Source: Pyrinomonadaceae bacterium (GTDB taxonomy: Bacteria; Acidobacteriota; Blastocatellia; Pyrinomonadales; Pyrinomonadaceae). From it: a DNA stretch of 43,732 nucleotides. Under the pieces are notes generated by a model. That model did not search any database, had not been told where the DNA came from, and was given only the letters and a program-made list of their open reading frames with translations. The position numbers and the translations under genes were made by a program. Every line of letters starts with the position of its first letter. The first letter of the stretch is position 1. The stretch covers positions 1 to 43,732 of the forward strand of contig JAUCQE010000172.1 of assembly GCA_030372865.1 (NCBI GenBank), given 5' to 3'. This document shows, piece after piece, positions 9,022 to 19,169 of this stretch.

Positions 9022-10695
9022 ATGAAGAAAGCACTCATAGTCCTCTCGCTAATACTTTCCGTATCTTTTGCCGCATACGCCCAGCGTGAGCTCGGCGTTC
9101 GACCGACCGAGACTGGCGGGCCGCTGATGCCGGAGCAGGCGGCGTATGATGTCACGTCGTACGATGTTACAGTCCGCGTCGATCCCAAGTCACAATGGAT
9201 CTCGGGCACGACCGTCATGACGGCCAAGGTCGTGCGGCCGACCGACCGCATCGTGCTGAATCTCGATTCGCCGTTCAAGATCGAACGTGTATTTGGTGAA
9301 TCAGGCGAGAAAGACCGCCAAGGCGGGCTTCGCTATGAGCACAAGGACGGAAAGGTCTGGATCTATTTCCCAAAAATGAAAGCTGCCGGCGAGGGCTTTG
9401 AGACCATCATCACCTATTCCGGCAAACCGCGTAAGGCTCCGCGTCCGCCATGGGTTGGCGGCTTTATGTGGGAGAAAACGCCCGCCGGTGCCGATTGGGT
9501 CTCGGTCGCACTGCAAAACGACGGCGCCGACCTATATTTCCCGGTCAAGGACCATCCGTCGGACAAGGCAGACCGCGTCGCGATGCACATCACGGTTCCC
9601 GACCCGCTCGTTGCGGCCGGCCCGGGCAAGTTCGAGGGCTCGACCAAGAACGCCGACGGCACGACCACCTACAACTGGCTGATGACGAACCCGATACCTA
9701 ATTACTCGATCGTCTTCAACGCCGCTCCCTACCGCACGATCGAAGACTCGATGCGGAGCATTACCGGCGAAACCATCCCGATCGTCTTCTACATCCTGCC
9801 GGAGAATTACGATCAGGGTGCAAAGCTGATCGCCGAGACCAAAAAATACGTCCAGTTCTTTGAGAAGTACAACGGCCCGTTCCCGTTCCGTTCGCAAAAG
9901 CTCGGCATTGTCGAAACGCCGCACCTCGGCATGGAGCACTCGACACTTATCGCTTACGGCAACAAGTTCAAATACAACGAATACGGCTTTGACTGGCTGA
10001 TGCTGCACGAACTCGGGCACGAATGGTGGGCAAATCTCGTGACGGCTCGCGACTGGAAAGATTTCTGGATCCACGAAGGTTTCCAGTCCTTTATGGATAC
10101 GCTATATCTCGAGCACATCGGCAAAAAGGACGCTTATTTCGAATCGATGCGTCAGCGTGCAAAACGCACGCGGAACATGCAGCCTGTTGCACCGCGTGAG
10201 CCGAAGTTCGCCTATCAGGTGTACCTCGCCGGCCCGGATTATATAAACAGCGACGGCGACATTTACGGCAAGGGAGCCGTCGTTCTCCACACGCTGCGAT
10301 ACCTGATCGGCGATGCAGCCTTTTTCCGAGCACTCAAACGGATGGCCTACCCGCGGCAGGCGATGGAGAACTGGACTGACGGCCGCCAAACCCGGCTCGT
10401 CGATACGGACGATTTCCTGAAGATCGCCGAAGAGGAATCTAAGATGGACCTCGACTGGTTTTTCGAAATGTACCTCCGCCAGCCGAAGCTTCCGCGGCTT
10501 GTCGCGGAGACCGTCGGCAACGGCATAACGCTCAGTTGGGAAACGCCGAACAAAATGCCGTTCCCAATGCCCGTTGAGGTTGAGATCAACGGCAAAACCC
10601 AACGCGTCGAAATGAAAGGCGGCCGCGGTTCGTTCAACCCTGGCGGTGCCGTACCCGAGATCGACCCGAAGGACTGGATCTTGAGAGCGCAGTAG
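9022..10695 (+). CDS. M1-family zinc metallopeptidase (aminopeptidase N-like), secreted
   Basis: The ATG at 9022 is preceded by AGGAG. Signal peptide MKKALIVLSLILSVSFAAYAQ. It has the HEXXH zinc motif HELGHEWW followed by WIHEGF. Confidence 0.85.
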   Translation: MKKALIVLSLILSVSFAAYAQRELGVRPTETGGPLMPEQAAYDVTSYDVTVRVDPKSQWISGTTVMTAKVVRPTDRIVLNLDSPFKIERVFGESGEKDRQGGLRYEHKDGKVWIYFPKMKAAGEGFETIITYSGKPRKAPRPPWVGGFMWEKTPAGADWVSVALQNDGADLYFPVKDHPSDKADRVAMHITVPDPLVAAGPGKFEGSTKNADGTTTYNWLMTNPIPNYSIVFNAAPYRTIEDSMRSITGETIPIVFYILPENYDQGAKLIAETKKYVQFFEKYNGPFPFRSQKLGIVETPHLGMEHSTLIAYGNKFKYNEYGFDWLMLHELGHEWWANLVTARDWKDFWIHEGFQSFMDTLYLEHIGKKDAYFESMRQRAKRTRNMQPVAPREPKFAYQVYLAGPDYINSDGDIYGKGAVVLHTLRYLIGDAAFFRALKRMAYPRQAMENWTDGRQTRLVDTDDFLKIAEEESKMDLDWFFEMYLRQPKLPRLVAETVGNGITLSWETPNKMPFPMPVEVEINGKTQRVEMKGGRGSFNPGGAVPEIDPKDWILRAQ

Positions 10696-10700
10696 AGCGA

Positions 10701-10735
10701 TTCAACGATGTCGTCGAAGCAGCGACGTCGTTGAA
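10701..10735 (+). terminator. hairpin downstream of the M1 peptidase gene (no clear T-tract)
   Basis: TTCAACGATGTCG (10701-10713) pairs with CGACGTCGTTGAA (10723-10735). This gives 13 pairs including one G-U, with a 9-nt loop. Confidence 0.4.
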
Positions 10736-11099
10736 TGGCTCGGAAAGAAGCGACTGAGCACATCGACCGCGGACGCTATGCCGAAGCTGACAAGACCCTG
10801 ATGTCGGTGCTCGAAAATGCTTATTATGCTTATGAGCACCGGCCCTCGGCCGCTCTCTCGCGTGCGATGCGACGCAAGAGCCGGTAGCTGATCAAACTCC
10901 GGACAACCGAGCGGCAAATGTTGAACTGGAAAGCCTGTTCGACATTTGCCGCTTCATGCGTTCCTGCGTCGATCTTTTCCCGTCGGTACGCGCAGCCGGC
11001 GTCCGCCAGGCCCACACCCAAATTGCCCGAATCACCGCTATTTGATATCCTTTTTAGTTACTCATCTATTAGAAATTTTTATTGTAAGGGTTTATTTTG

Positions 11100-13388
11100 A
11101 TGTCTACATCCGCCAAGAAGATCAAAGCAAAAGCGTCTAACAAAGCAGGAAATGGAAAAAAGGTCGTGGCCGCTAAAGAAACTGTCGGCGACGGCTTCAT
11201 CGAAAAGAAAGTGGCACCGAAATCCGCGAAGGTGACCGCAGCGGAACCGGCGACCCCAGCCACCAAAAAAGCAGCCGGAAAGCTTGAGGACAAGTATCAT
11301 GGCCTCTCGCCTGAGACGCTTATCGGCATCTACGAGACGATGTACAAGTCCCGCCGGATCGACGACAAAGAGATCCAGCTCAAGGGACAAAACAAGATCT
11401 TCTTCCAGATCTCGGGTGCCGGCCACGAGGCCGTCCTTGCCGCCGCCGCTCTTGCGATGAAGCCGGCGTATGACTGGTTCTTCCCTTACTATCGTGACCG
11501 GGCCCTGATGCTCGGCCTCGGCATGACCGCACAGGAAATGCTCTGGTCCGCGGTCGGTGCCGAAAAGGACCCGAACTCGCACGGACGCCAGATGCCGTCG
11601 CACTGGGGACATAAGGACCTCAATGTTCCTTCGCAGTCGTCCTGCACCGGAACGCAGGCTCTTCACGCCGTCGGCGCGGCCGAGGCAAGCCATCGTGCGA
11701 CCCTGCTCAAAGAACTTCAGGACAAGATCGTCGGCTATCAGAAAGACGACGTCGTATACATGTCGGTCGGCGATGGGACGACCAGCGAAGGCGAATGGTG
11801 GGAAGCGCTGAACACCGCCTGCAACCTTAAGCTGCCCGTCATTTTTCACGTAGAGGACAACGGCTACGCCATCTCGACGCCGGTCGAGGTCGGCACCGCG
11901 GGCGGCGATATCTCAAAGCTTGTTGAGGGTTTCCCGGGCCTGTTCATCCAGAAGGTTGACGGCACCGACCCGCTCGCTTCGTATGAGGTCTTCCGCAACG
12001 CGGTCGAATACTGCCGTGCCCGTAAAGGCCCCGCGTTTGTCCATTCAAAAGTAATTCGTCCCTATTCGCACTCGCTTTCGGACGATGAAAAGCTCTATCG
12101 CCCGGACGCTGAACGCGACGCCGATGCCGCGATCGACCCGATCAAGACCTGGGCCGAGTTTCTGATGAATGAAGGCCTCGCGACCTCCGAAGAGCTTGAG
12201 GCGATCCGCAAAGAGATCGACGCCGAGGTAAATAAGGCCGCTGATATCGCCATTGAGACCCCGCAGCCGGCACCGGAATCCGCATACAGGAACGTCTTTT
12301 CCCCGGATGTCGACCCGACCGATCGCCAGCTTTTCGATACTGAAGAGGGTGCTGAGCTTTCGGGCAACGCCGGCACGATGGTCGACCTTATTAACCGCTG
12401 CATGCACGAAGAGATGGAGCGCGACTCGCGGATCGTTGTCTTTGGCGAAGACGTTGCCGATTGCTCGCGCGAGGAATATCTCGAGCAGGTGAAAGGCAAG
12501 GGCGGCGTTTTCAAGGTTACGGCAAATCTTCAGCGTAAATACGGTTCAGCCCGCGTTTTCAATTCGCCGCTCGCAGAGGCAAACATCGTTGGCCGTGCGG
12601 TCGGTATGGCCATCCGCGGCTTGAAACCGGTCGTTGAGATCCAGTTCTTTGACTACATTTTCCCGGCGATGATGCAGATCCGAAACGAGGTTGCGGTGAC
12701 GCGTTGGCGCTCGGACGGCGACACGAAATGCCCGATGGTCATTCGCGTTCCGGTCGGCGGTTATCTTAAGGGCGGAGCGGTCTATCACTCGCAGTCCGGC
12801 ACAACGCTGTTCGCTCACACGCCGGGACTCAGGATCGTTTACCCGTCGAACGCACTTGATGCGAACGGCCTGCTCCGCACGGCCATCCGCTGTGACGACC
12901 CGGTGCTGTTCCTCGAACACAAGCACCTTTACCGCCAGGTCTATAACAAGTCGCAGTATCCCTCGAACGAATTTCTGATCCCGTTCGGCAAGGCGAAGAC
13001 CGTCCGCGAGGGCAATGACGTAACGATCGTTACCTTCGGTGCACTGGTCGAGCGTTCGAATCAGGCGGCCAAGAAGCTTGAGCAGCAGGGAATCTCCGCA
13101 GAGGTGATCGACCTCCGCACGCTGGTTCCTTACGATTGGGACGCGATCGTTGAATCGGTCAAAAAGACCAGCCGCGTGATCGTCGCCCACGAAGACCCGC
13201 TCTCTTACGGCTACGGTGCCGAGATCGCTGCACGTATCTCGGACGAGCTTTTCGAATACCTCGACGCCCCGGTAAAACGCGTCGGCGCGACCGACACCTT
13301 CGTCGCCTACGCTCCACAGGTCGAGGACTTCATTCTGCCGCAGTCGGAAGACGTCGAAAAGGCGGTGCAGGAACTAATGAAGTATTGA
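11100..13388 (+). CDS. fused 2-oxoacid dehydrogenase E1 component (alpha + beta, thiamine-diphosphate dependent) with a Lys/Ala-rich N-terminal extension
   Basis: The alpha part contains GHEA, YRDR and the ThDP motif [16 protein letters not shown]. The beta part contains [20 protein letters not shown] and [10 protein letters not shown]. The ATG at 11100 follows an AT-rich leader. Confidence 0.9.
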   Translation: MSTSAKKIKAKASNKAGNGKKVVAAKETVGDGFIEKKVAPKSAKVTAAEPATPATKKAAGKLEDKYHGLSPETLIGIYETMYKSRRIDDKEIQLKGQNKIFFQISGAGHEAVLAAAALAMKPAYDWFFPYYRDRALMLGLGMTAQEMLWSAVGAEKDPNSHGRQMPSHWGHKDLNVPSQSSCTGTQALHAVGAAEASHRATLLKELQDKIVGYQKDDVVYMSVGDGTTSEGEWWEALNTACNLKLPVIFHVEDNGYAISTPVEVGTAGGDISKLVEGFPGLFIQKVDGTDPLASYEVFRNAVEYCRARKGPAFVHSKVIRPYSHSLSDDEKLYRPDAERDADAAIDPIKTWAEFLMNEGLATSEELEAIRKEIDAEVNKAADIAIETPQPAPESAYRNVFSPDVDPTDRQLFDTEEGAELSGNAGTMVDLINRCMHEEMERDSRIVVFGEDVADCSREEYLEQVKGKGGVFKVTANLQRKYGSARVFNSPLAEANIVGRAVGMAIRGLKPVVEIQFFDYIFPAMMQIRNEVAVTRWRSDGDTKCPMVIRVPVGGYLKGGAVYHSQSGTTLFAHTPGLRIVYPSNALDANGLLRTAIRCDDPVLFLEHKHLYRQVYNKSQYPSNEFLIPFGKAKTVREGNDVTIVTFGALVERSNQAAKKLEQQGISAEVIDLRTLVPYDWDAIVESVKKTSRVIVAHEDPLSYGYGAEIAARISDELFEYLDAPVKRVGATDTFVAYAPQVEDFILPQSEDVEKAVQELMKY

Positions 13389-13426
13389 TCTGGTACGTGT
13401 AGCACCAGTTACTCGGAGCCAAGAAA

Positions 13427-13468
13427 ACAAAAAGAGCGGAACACTCATTTGAGTATTCCGCTCTTTTC
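13427..13468. terminator. bidirectional rho-independent terminator
   Basis: AGAGCGGAA (13433-13441) pairs with TTCCGCTCT (13456-13464). The stem is flanked by an A-run and a T-run and lies between convergent genes. Confidence 0.7.
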
Positions 13469-13483
13469 TGTGCTTTCTGAACT

Positions 13484-15283
13484 CTATTCAGCCGCGTGAA
13501 TATCGTCGCGCTTCATCACGGTCAGGAATGCCGGGAAGCCGTGCGGGATCTCGTCGTGGTGCAGTTCGCCGCCGCAGATCGAGAAGCCGTAGCCGGACTC
13601 GCGGAAAGCAACTTCGTCCATCACGGCACGCAACTGCTGCAGGCCCGGGAAGATCTGCGCCGTCTGCTGGCTCTTTCGGGGCAGCTTCTGGTCGGTCATC
13701 GCCGAGTTAAATGCAAACGTTGCCATGATCACTGCGGAACGCTTGAGGTCTTCTTCGAGGATCCGGTCGGCTACGTCCTGGGTCGTGTGCCAGGTCCTGC
13801 CGAAATACTCGACCGGGTCCTGAATGAACTGGAATCCCGGAAGCCCGACAGCGTCGAACGCCAGATGGTCCGTGCCGCTAGTGTTGTTGACGGTCACGGT
13901 CGAGGCACTCCACTCACCGAACGGCTCAAGCCAGCTCTTGAATATGGGCCGCAGAGCTTCATTGCCCTGCATGTAGATACCGCGGATCTGGCCGGTTCCG
14001 TTGTCCAGGTTGTAGTAGGCCGCGAACTTGTCGTGTGCCGGTTTAGGCGTGATCTTTCGCGGGCCGCCGCCGAATGCCGCTGCGTCCGAACCGTCGCCAA
14101 GCGTGGCAAGGTACTTTGCAACGTAACCGCGCGAGCCGAGCAGGCCCTGTTCCTCGCCGGTCCACAACCCGACACGGATCGTACGTCGCGGCTTCAGGCC
14201 TGAAGCGGCGAGAATGCGCATCGCTTCCATCACGACCGTCACGCCGGCACCGTTGTCGGTAGCACCCGTTCCGGCATGCCATGAATCGAGGTGGGCACCG
14301 ATCATCACGACCTCATCCTTGAGGTCGGTTCCGGGAATCTCGGCGATTGTGTTGTAGCCCTGCGTGTCATCGTCGTAGAACTTGGTGGCCAGGTCGACGG
14401 TCATCTTAACGGGAATGCCCTGCTTCACCATTCGGAGCACGCGGTTGTAAAGTTCTGCCTCCGCTACGACCTGCGGGATCGTTGCCGGTGCATTCTTCGA
14501 ATAAACCCTGACGCCGCCTGCGAACGGGTTTCCGCCTGCCGGAGCGGCTGCCGGCGGAAGGCTCGCACCCATTACGCGAATCGTACCTGCATCAACACCG
14601 CCGCCCGCATCCACGAGCATCGCTGCGCCTTCTTCGTAATAAAATCGCGTCTTTCGTTGGTTGAAACGCATTTCAGCCATAGCTTGCTGATTCGGCTGCG
14701 GCCGCTGTGCAGGCGCTTGCGGTTTCGCGCTTTCCATTTTCGCCAGGTCTTCATCCGAGTTCCGTGTCGCGATCGCCTGGAAACCCGGCTTGATCTCGCG
14801 TTCTGATTGCGTGAAGATGATCGCACCCTTCAGCTTGCCCTTGTATTTCTCAAGGCCGGCTTCATCGGCAGCGTCAACGTAAACGACCGTTCCTGTAAGC
14901 GGTCCGTTGGTCGAAGGCGACCAGGCTTTCGGGTACGCACGGAACGGGATAGTTCCTTCGGGCATCTCGACCGATGCGGTGAAACGCTCGAGCTCCCATC
15001 CGCGGCCGAACTCGCCCCACGGGTCAACGGCGGCATTCTTCATGCCCCATTTCTCGAGCTGTTCCTTGGTCCAATTGTTCGCGCGACGCTGCGCGGGTGA
15101 ATTCGTCAAACGCGGGCCGATCACGTCCGTCAGATAGCGGATCGTCGCAAGCGCTTGCGAACGGGTCATACCTTCGTCTTTGATCTTGGAAATAGCTGCG
15201 GCATCGGGCGCCTGCGCGATCGCAAAGCCCGGCAGCAGCAACGCGGCCATTACAAGCAAAACAAAATTCTTTTGTCGAAACAT
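13484..15283 (-). CDS. M28-family aminopeptidase with PA domain, secreted; unusual Cys/His-containing C-terminal tail
   Basis: The ATG at 15283 has AGGAG 8 nt upstream. Signal peptide MFRQKNFVLLVMAALLLPGFAIAQA. M28 metal-ligand contexts IGAHLDSW, ATDNGAGV, WTGEEQGL and GTDH are present. Confidence 0.85.
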   Translation of the reverse strand: MFRQKNFVLLVMAALLLPGFAIAQAPDAAAISKIKDEGMTRSQALATIRYLTDVIGPRLTNSPAQRRANNWTKEQLEKWGMKNAAVDPWGEFGRGWELERFTASVEMPEGTIPFRAYPKAWSPSTNGPLTGTVVYVDAADEAGLEKYKGKLKGAIIFTQSEREIKPGFQAIATRNSDEDLAKMESAKPQAPAQRPQPNQQAMAEMRFNQRKTRFYYEEGAAMLVDAGGGVDAGTIRVMGASLPPAAAPAGGNPFAGGVRVYSKNAPATIPQVVAEAELYNRVLRMVKQGIPVKMTVDLATKFYDDDTQGYNTIAEIPGTDLKDEVVMIGAHLDSWHAGTGATDNGAGVTVVMEAMRILAASGLKPRRTIRVGLWTGEEQGLLGSRGYVAKYLATLGDGSDAAAFGGGPRKITPKPAHDKFAAYYNLDNGTGQIRGIYMQGNEALRPIFKSWLEPFGEWSASTVTVNNTSGTDHLAFDAVGLPGFQFIQDPVEYFGRTWHTTQDVADRILEEDLKRSAVIMATFAFNSAMTDQKLPRKSQQTAQIFPGLQQLRAVMDEVAFRESGYGFSICGGELHHDEIPHGFPAFLTVMKRDDIHAAE

Positions 15284-15351
15284 CAAAAAGGCTCCTAATT
15301 AGGTTTTTCCGGAGAGGTTAGGGTAATACGCAAAGAATAAACTCTTTGTTT

Positions 15352-16167
15352 CTAATTCGGAAATTGGTTCGTGACGAGGCGATAGATCCCGGTGTCGAGA
15401 CGTTCGGCAAAGCCCTCATTGACCAGTTCCGCATTCGCCTGCCCCGACACGGGCCGGCGGAACCCGAACCGGCTTGAAAGCTCGCCGCGAAGCGTCAGAC
15501 CCGCTAACGACAAATAGGCACGCGCGATCTCGCGAACCGCGTCCTCGTACTTCAACTTCACTTTCATCTCGGCAGGAAAGCGTGCTTCGGCAAGCGTCCA
15601 GATGTAGGTGAACTTCGGCACGTAGAGCACTTCCTGCGGGATCACCTTCATCCTCTTTTGTAGTTCGTCAACCGCCTTTGTGAGCGAAGTACGGTCGAGG
15701 CCGGTCGCGTCGCGAAGATCGGCGGTCGCCATCTCCCATTCTTTTCGAAGAACTTTCAGGACGCGGCGGGCGTTCTCCGACAACAAACTGGCCTCCTCGC
15801 TCTTCGTGCATCCCCAAATTACGTTGAACGCCGGGATCATCCTTTTTGCGAGAAACATCGAATGTCCCTTCCATACCTTGCCGTAATAAACTCGTCCGCG
15901 GGCGACCGTCTCGTCCTTTAACACCCAGGCGAGACTCGCCTCCGGGTCTTTCTGCACGTTTCGCGGCATATGTGCGTCGCGGCGTCCGCAGACGGCGGTG
16001 TAAACCGAAGGCATCTTCTTGCGCGAGTCGGTCATTCCCAGGCAGAACCCCAGATCCTCGACCATCGCCTCGACCTCCTCAACGCGTTCGACACGCAACT
16101 CATCCTCACGCCGCCATTTACGGTCGCGGTACTGTTCAATGTCTTCGGTTATTTGGAACCCGTGCAT
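15352..16167 (-). CDS. cytoplasmic winged-helix-like protein (possibly YcaQ/AlkZ-related); function unknown
   Basis: The ORF begins 18 nt after the upstream TPR gene (ATG 16167, or TTG 16176). The segment ARRVLKVLRKEWEMATADLRDATGLDRTSLTKAVDELQKRMKV looks like a wHTH. The family call is weak. Confidence 0.55.
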   Translation of the reverse strand: MHGFQITEDIEQYRDRKWRREDELRVERVEEVEAMVEDLGFCLGMTDSRKKMPSVYTAVCGRRDAHMPRNVQKDPEASLAWVLKDETVARGRVYYGKVWKGHSMFLAKRMIPAFNVIWGCTKSEEASLLSENARRVLKVLRKEWEMATADLRDATGLDRTSLTKAVDELQKRMKVIPQEVLYVPKFTYIWTLAEARFPAEMKVKLKYEDAVREIARAYLSLAGLTLRGELSSRFGFRRPVSGQANAELVNEGFAERLDTGIYRLVTNQFPN

Positions 16168-16185
16168 GCAGCTCAATTTCCGGGA

Positions 16186-17415
16186 TCATTTACAAGGATT
16201 CTTAACCTCGATCCCGTCCTTTAACGCGGCCGCTTCATCCTCTTTTGGGCCGGCCACATCGCGAAGCTTGCAGCGAATCTCGCCACGCCGTTCAAAGTCG
16301 CCGCCCCAGCCGTTTACCCGCACGAGAATGTCCAGGTCAGGCAATGCCTCTTTATACAACCCTTTAGCAATGAAAGATTCTGCACGGTAGAAATACGGAT
16401 GGACCGTTTGGGTCCAGTCATCCGGGTCGTCGAACGGCGTCGCTGGCTTTCCGCCGCTCATCGCGTCTGCGATATCGATCGCTTTCGTCGCGTCTGCGAT
16501 AGCGGCGTCATAACGCTTCAGGTCAAAATTAACCGAGGCACGTTCCCGATAATAGTAGTACAGATTCGACCGTTTACAAGAGCATTCATCGATAGCCTTG
16601 GTTAGGCGTTCAAGGCCTTCTACCGTATACGCGTCATTCACCTGCGGGCCGCGTAAAACATCGGCCCTGATGCGATGGAACCGAAAGTTCAGCGGTAGTT
16701 CGCGAACTGCTTTGTTCAAAACAGCGAGTGCCTTGTCGCCTTGTTGAAGTTGAAAATAGACGTCGAGTGCGGCCTCGTATATGTCGGCCTCTTGAGGGGA
16801 AAGACGCAAAGCGGTCTCGAGATCTGCGGCCGTCTTGTCCCAGTAAGAGCCGGTTGTGTCGTCATGAAATCCGGCCCGTTTTAAGAACAGCCGGCCAACT
16901 CCCGGAGCTCGCTTGATAACGGCGTCGATATCCGTCATTCGTTCGGCCAGCGTCTTATGCGAATCAATGTGTGCGAAAAGCTTTTCAAAGTTGCGGCTTG
17001 CGAGCGGCCCCTCGCCCGGGTCGCTTGTGGTGAGGACCTTCGCAAAATCGGCCAAGGCACCGCTATGGTCGTTCAACAGCAACTTGGCGCGTGCCCTCAG
17101 CTCGTACGCGTCACGGATGCTGCCGCCGGGATAGACGCCCATTTGCGTTTCGGCCGTGCCGCCCGGTGCCCACCACCGCTCGCGAAACGCCACGATCTCG
17201 TCCAGAGAACGAACCGTCGCTACCGTCGCCGATCCGCGATCGACCTCTGCCGTCAGGCCTTCAAACCTGAGGTTCATTTGCTCGACTGCCGCATTCAGCT
17301 GCTTTACTGTTTCAGATTGTGCGGCCGCAACAGATGCGGAAACCAGCATCGCGAACGATATAGCAAAAAGTTGTAGAAGCGACGGGATCCGCTGCCCGCG
17401 AACGATGAACTCCAT
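16186..17415 (-). CDS. secreted TPR-repeat protein
   Basis: Signal peptide (..LLQLFAISFAMLVSASVAAAQ). Several TPR-like helical pairs are present (e.g. YYRERASVNFDLKRYDAAIADATKAIDI, YFYRAESFIAKGLYKEALPDLDILV). Confidence 0.75.
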   Translation of the reverse strand: MEFIVRGQRIPSLLQLFAISFAMLVSASVAAAQSETVKQLNAAVEQMNLRFEGLTAEVDRGSATVATVRSLDEIVAFRERWWAPGGTAETQMGVYPGGSIRDAYELRARAKLLLNDHSGALADFAKVLTTSDPGEGPLASRNFEKLFAHIDSHKTLAERMTDIDAVIKRAPGVGRLFLKRAGFHDDTTGSYWDKTAADLETALRLSPQEADIYEAALDVYFQLQQGDKALAVLNKAVRELPLNFRFHRIRADVLRGPQVNDAYTVEGLERLTKAIDECSCKRSNLYYYYRERASVNFDLKRYDAAIADATKAIDIADAMSGGKPATPFDDPDDWTQTVHPYFYRAESFIAKGLYKEALPDLDILVRVNGWGGDFERRGEIRCKLRDVAGPKEDEAAALKDGIEVKNPCK

Positions 17416-17466
17416 ATGACGTAGCTGAGACTGACTGCGGCTCCAATTCTACCGCAGTACGACGAT

Positions 17467-17494
17467 AAAAAAAGAGACGGCGCAGGACCGTCTC
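17467..17494 (-). terminator. rho-independent terminator of the 17520-19169 gene
   Basis: GAGACGG (17474-17480) pairs with CCGTCTC (17488-17494). On the minus strand the stem is followed by T7 (A-run 17467-17473). Confidence 0.7.
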
Positions 17495-17519
17495 ATTTGA
17501 TTCGTGCAGTTAAATTACT

Positions 17520-19169
17520 TTACCGGTCCTCATTCGGCCGGTCACCGGGCCGGATCGGCGATGAGCTCTCAACGGTCAGGGTCGCCCCCGGCATCAGGCG
17601 TACGTCGTCACGGCCCATTATCGCGACCGAACCCGCACCGGCACCGCCGCCGATGATCGCCCCAAGCACCGCTCCCTTGCCACCGCCCGCGATCGCCCCG
17701 ATCACGGCACCAAGGCCGGCACCGATGCCGCCGCGTTTCGCGGTTTCCTTTGTCTGGCTGTCACCCTTGGCGGTTCCTTCGGCGTCGATCTTAACGTCCT
17801 TACCCGCCTCGTCTTTGATCGCCTTCAGATTGCCTGCAAAGTCATATGTCTTGCCGTCACGCAGCGTTATGCGTTCAAAGTTAAAGGTCACATTCGACCG
17901 TCCCGAAACCTGGCCCGATCGCCCGACGCCGGTGATGTAGCCCTCAATGACGGCACCGCGGAACTCCATCGGAGACTGGACCGTCATCTTGAACCGGTCG
18001 TTGTTTTGCGAGACCTTTGTGTTGATCTCGTTATCGAGCAGGCCGATAATAACTGTGCCGTTCGGCACCAGGTATTCACCGATACGCGGCTGGCTAAGCG
18101 TCGGGTTCGGGCTATTCGATCCGGTGCGGTCATTCGCGTCGCTGCTCGAATATCCGCCGCCCGTATTGTCACGGTAGTCTGTGTTGTCAGAAGCATTGTT
18201 ACTCTCGTTGATGCCGAGACCCGCGACATTGTCCGTACGGCTGTAAACGCTTTCCGCGAACACCGTTTCATCCAAATACTCGGTCGTGATCCGGCGGGTG
18301 ACCTTCAGCCCGCGGCCGCCGTTCTCCGATGAAAATATCACCGTATAATCGCTCTCGCCGCCGAGGCTTGAAAGGGTCAGTTCGCCGTTGGCGAGCGTTG
18401 CCCGGACGCGGATGGTCCGGCCGTCGACGTTCTCGGTGGTCTCGCGACCGTTCGCAACAAAGCTCGTCGGCCCGCTCGTGGAAGACGCGATAGTCACGTT
18501 GCTGCCGCGAACACTAAGCGCGATCTCATTCGGTGCTGATAGTTTTGACTCGAGGTCCTGTTGCTGCGACGCGTCGACGCCGAGGGCGGAAATTATCTCG
18601 TCCACCTTCTCGCTGCGGCCGGCGTCAAGCCGATAGGTGCCGGTCAGTTCCGACACGGGGCCGGAATAAACGGGCTGCGGTCTGTCATAGTCATTGTCGC
18701 TAACATTTCCGGAGACGTTCGAAATTCGGCCCGTCCAATCGGGCGTTACGCCGTAGTTGGCCGCAAGCCGGTCGATCAACCGCTCAATGTCCGTCCAGGT
18801 CGATTCAATGCGCCGGCTTTGCGGGTTTGCCCGCAAAAAGCCCTTGACGTCGTTCGCCGCCGTGACGATCTCCTGAACGTCGTTCCGATTCTCTCGGCGA
18901 AGTCCCAAATTCGACTCGAATGCGGCGATCTTGTCCTTTAGGTTCGAGGTGCTCGCGGTGGCATCTTCGATATCCTGCCTACTGGCAGAAGTTCCACGCA
19001 GCTGAAACCGAAGTGTGTACTCGAAATCGTCTACTTTCGTATTAAGGCTTCGGAGCGTGTCCCTCACCTCACGAGTGTTGACCCGCTGAGCCGACGCAAC
19101 CCCGGATGAAGCCAAAACAAGCGAAAACACGGCCGCAAACAATGAAATCCCACGATAAATGCGATGCAT
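17520..19169 (-). CDS. secreted protein with a C-terminal glycine-zipper (2TM-like) domain
   Basis: The ATG at 19169 is preceded by GGGAGAG. Signal peptide MHRIYRGISLFAAVFSLVLASSGVASAQ. The C-terminus is GIGAGLGAVIGAIAGGGKGAVLGAIIGGGAGAGSVAIMGRDDVRLMPGATLTVES. Confidence 0.75.
   Translation of the reverse strand: MHRIYRGISLFAAVFSLVLASSGVASAQRVNTREVRDTLRSLNTKVDDFEYTLRFQLRGTSASRQDIEDATASTSNLKDKIAAFESNLGLRRENRNDVQEIVTAANDVKGFLRANPQSRRIESTWTDIERLIDRLAANYGVTPDWTGRISNVSGNVSDNDYDRPQPVYSGPVSELTGTYRLDAGRSEKVDEIISALGVDASQQQDLESKLSAPNEIALSVRGSNVTIASSTSGPTSFVANGRETTENVDGRTIRVRATLANGELTLSSLGGESDYTVIFSSENGGRGLKVTRRITTEYLDETVFAESVYSRTDNVAGLGINESNNASDNTDYRDNTGGGYSSSDANDRTGSNSPNPTLSQPRIGEYLVPNGTVIIGLLDNEINTKVSQNNDRFKMTVQSPMEFRGAVIEGYITGVGRSGQVSGRSNVTFNFERITLRDGKTYDFAGNLKAIKDEAGKDVKIDAEGTAKGDSQTKETAKRGGIGAGLGAVIGAIAGGGKGAVLGAIIGGGAGAGSVAIMGRDDVRLMPGATLTVESSSPIRPGDRPNEDR

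Noticed and set aside
16174-16188. The TGA stop of the TPR gene (16186-16188) is in the same frame as the downstream winged-helix ORF, so Sec read-through fusion was considered.
   Set aside because: The context (..NPCK-TGA-SRKL..) is not a redox motif. The upstream protein is secreted and the downstream one looks cytoplasmic. Sharing a frame happens by chance one time in three.
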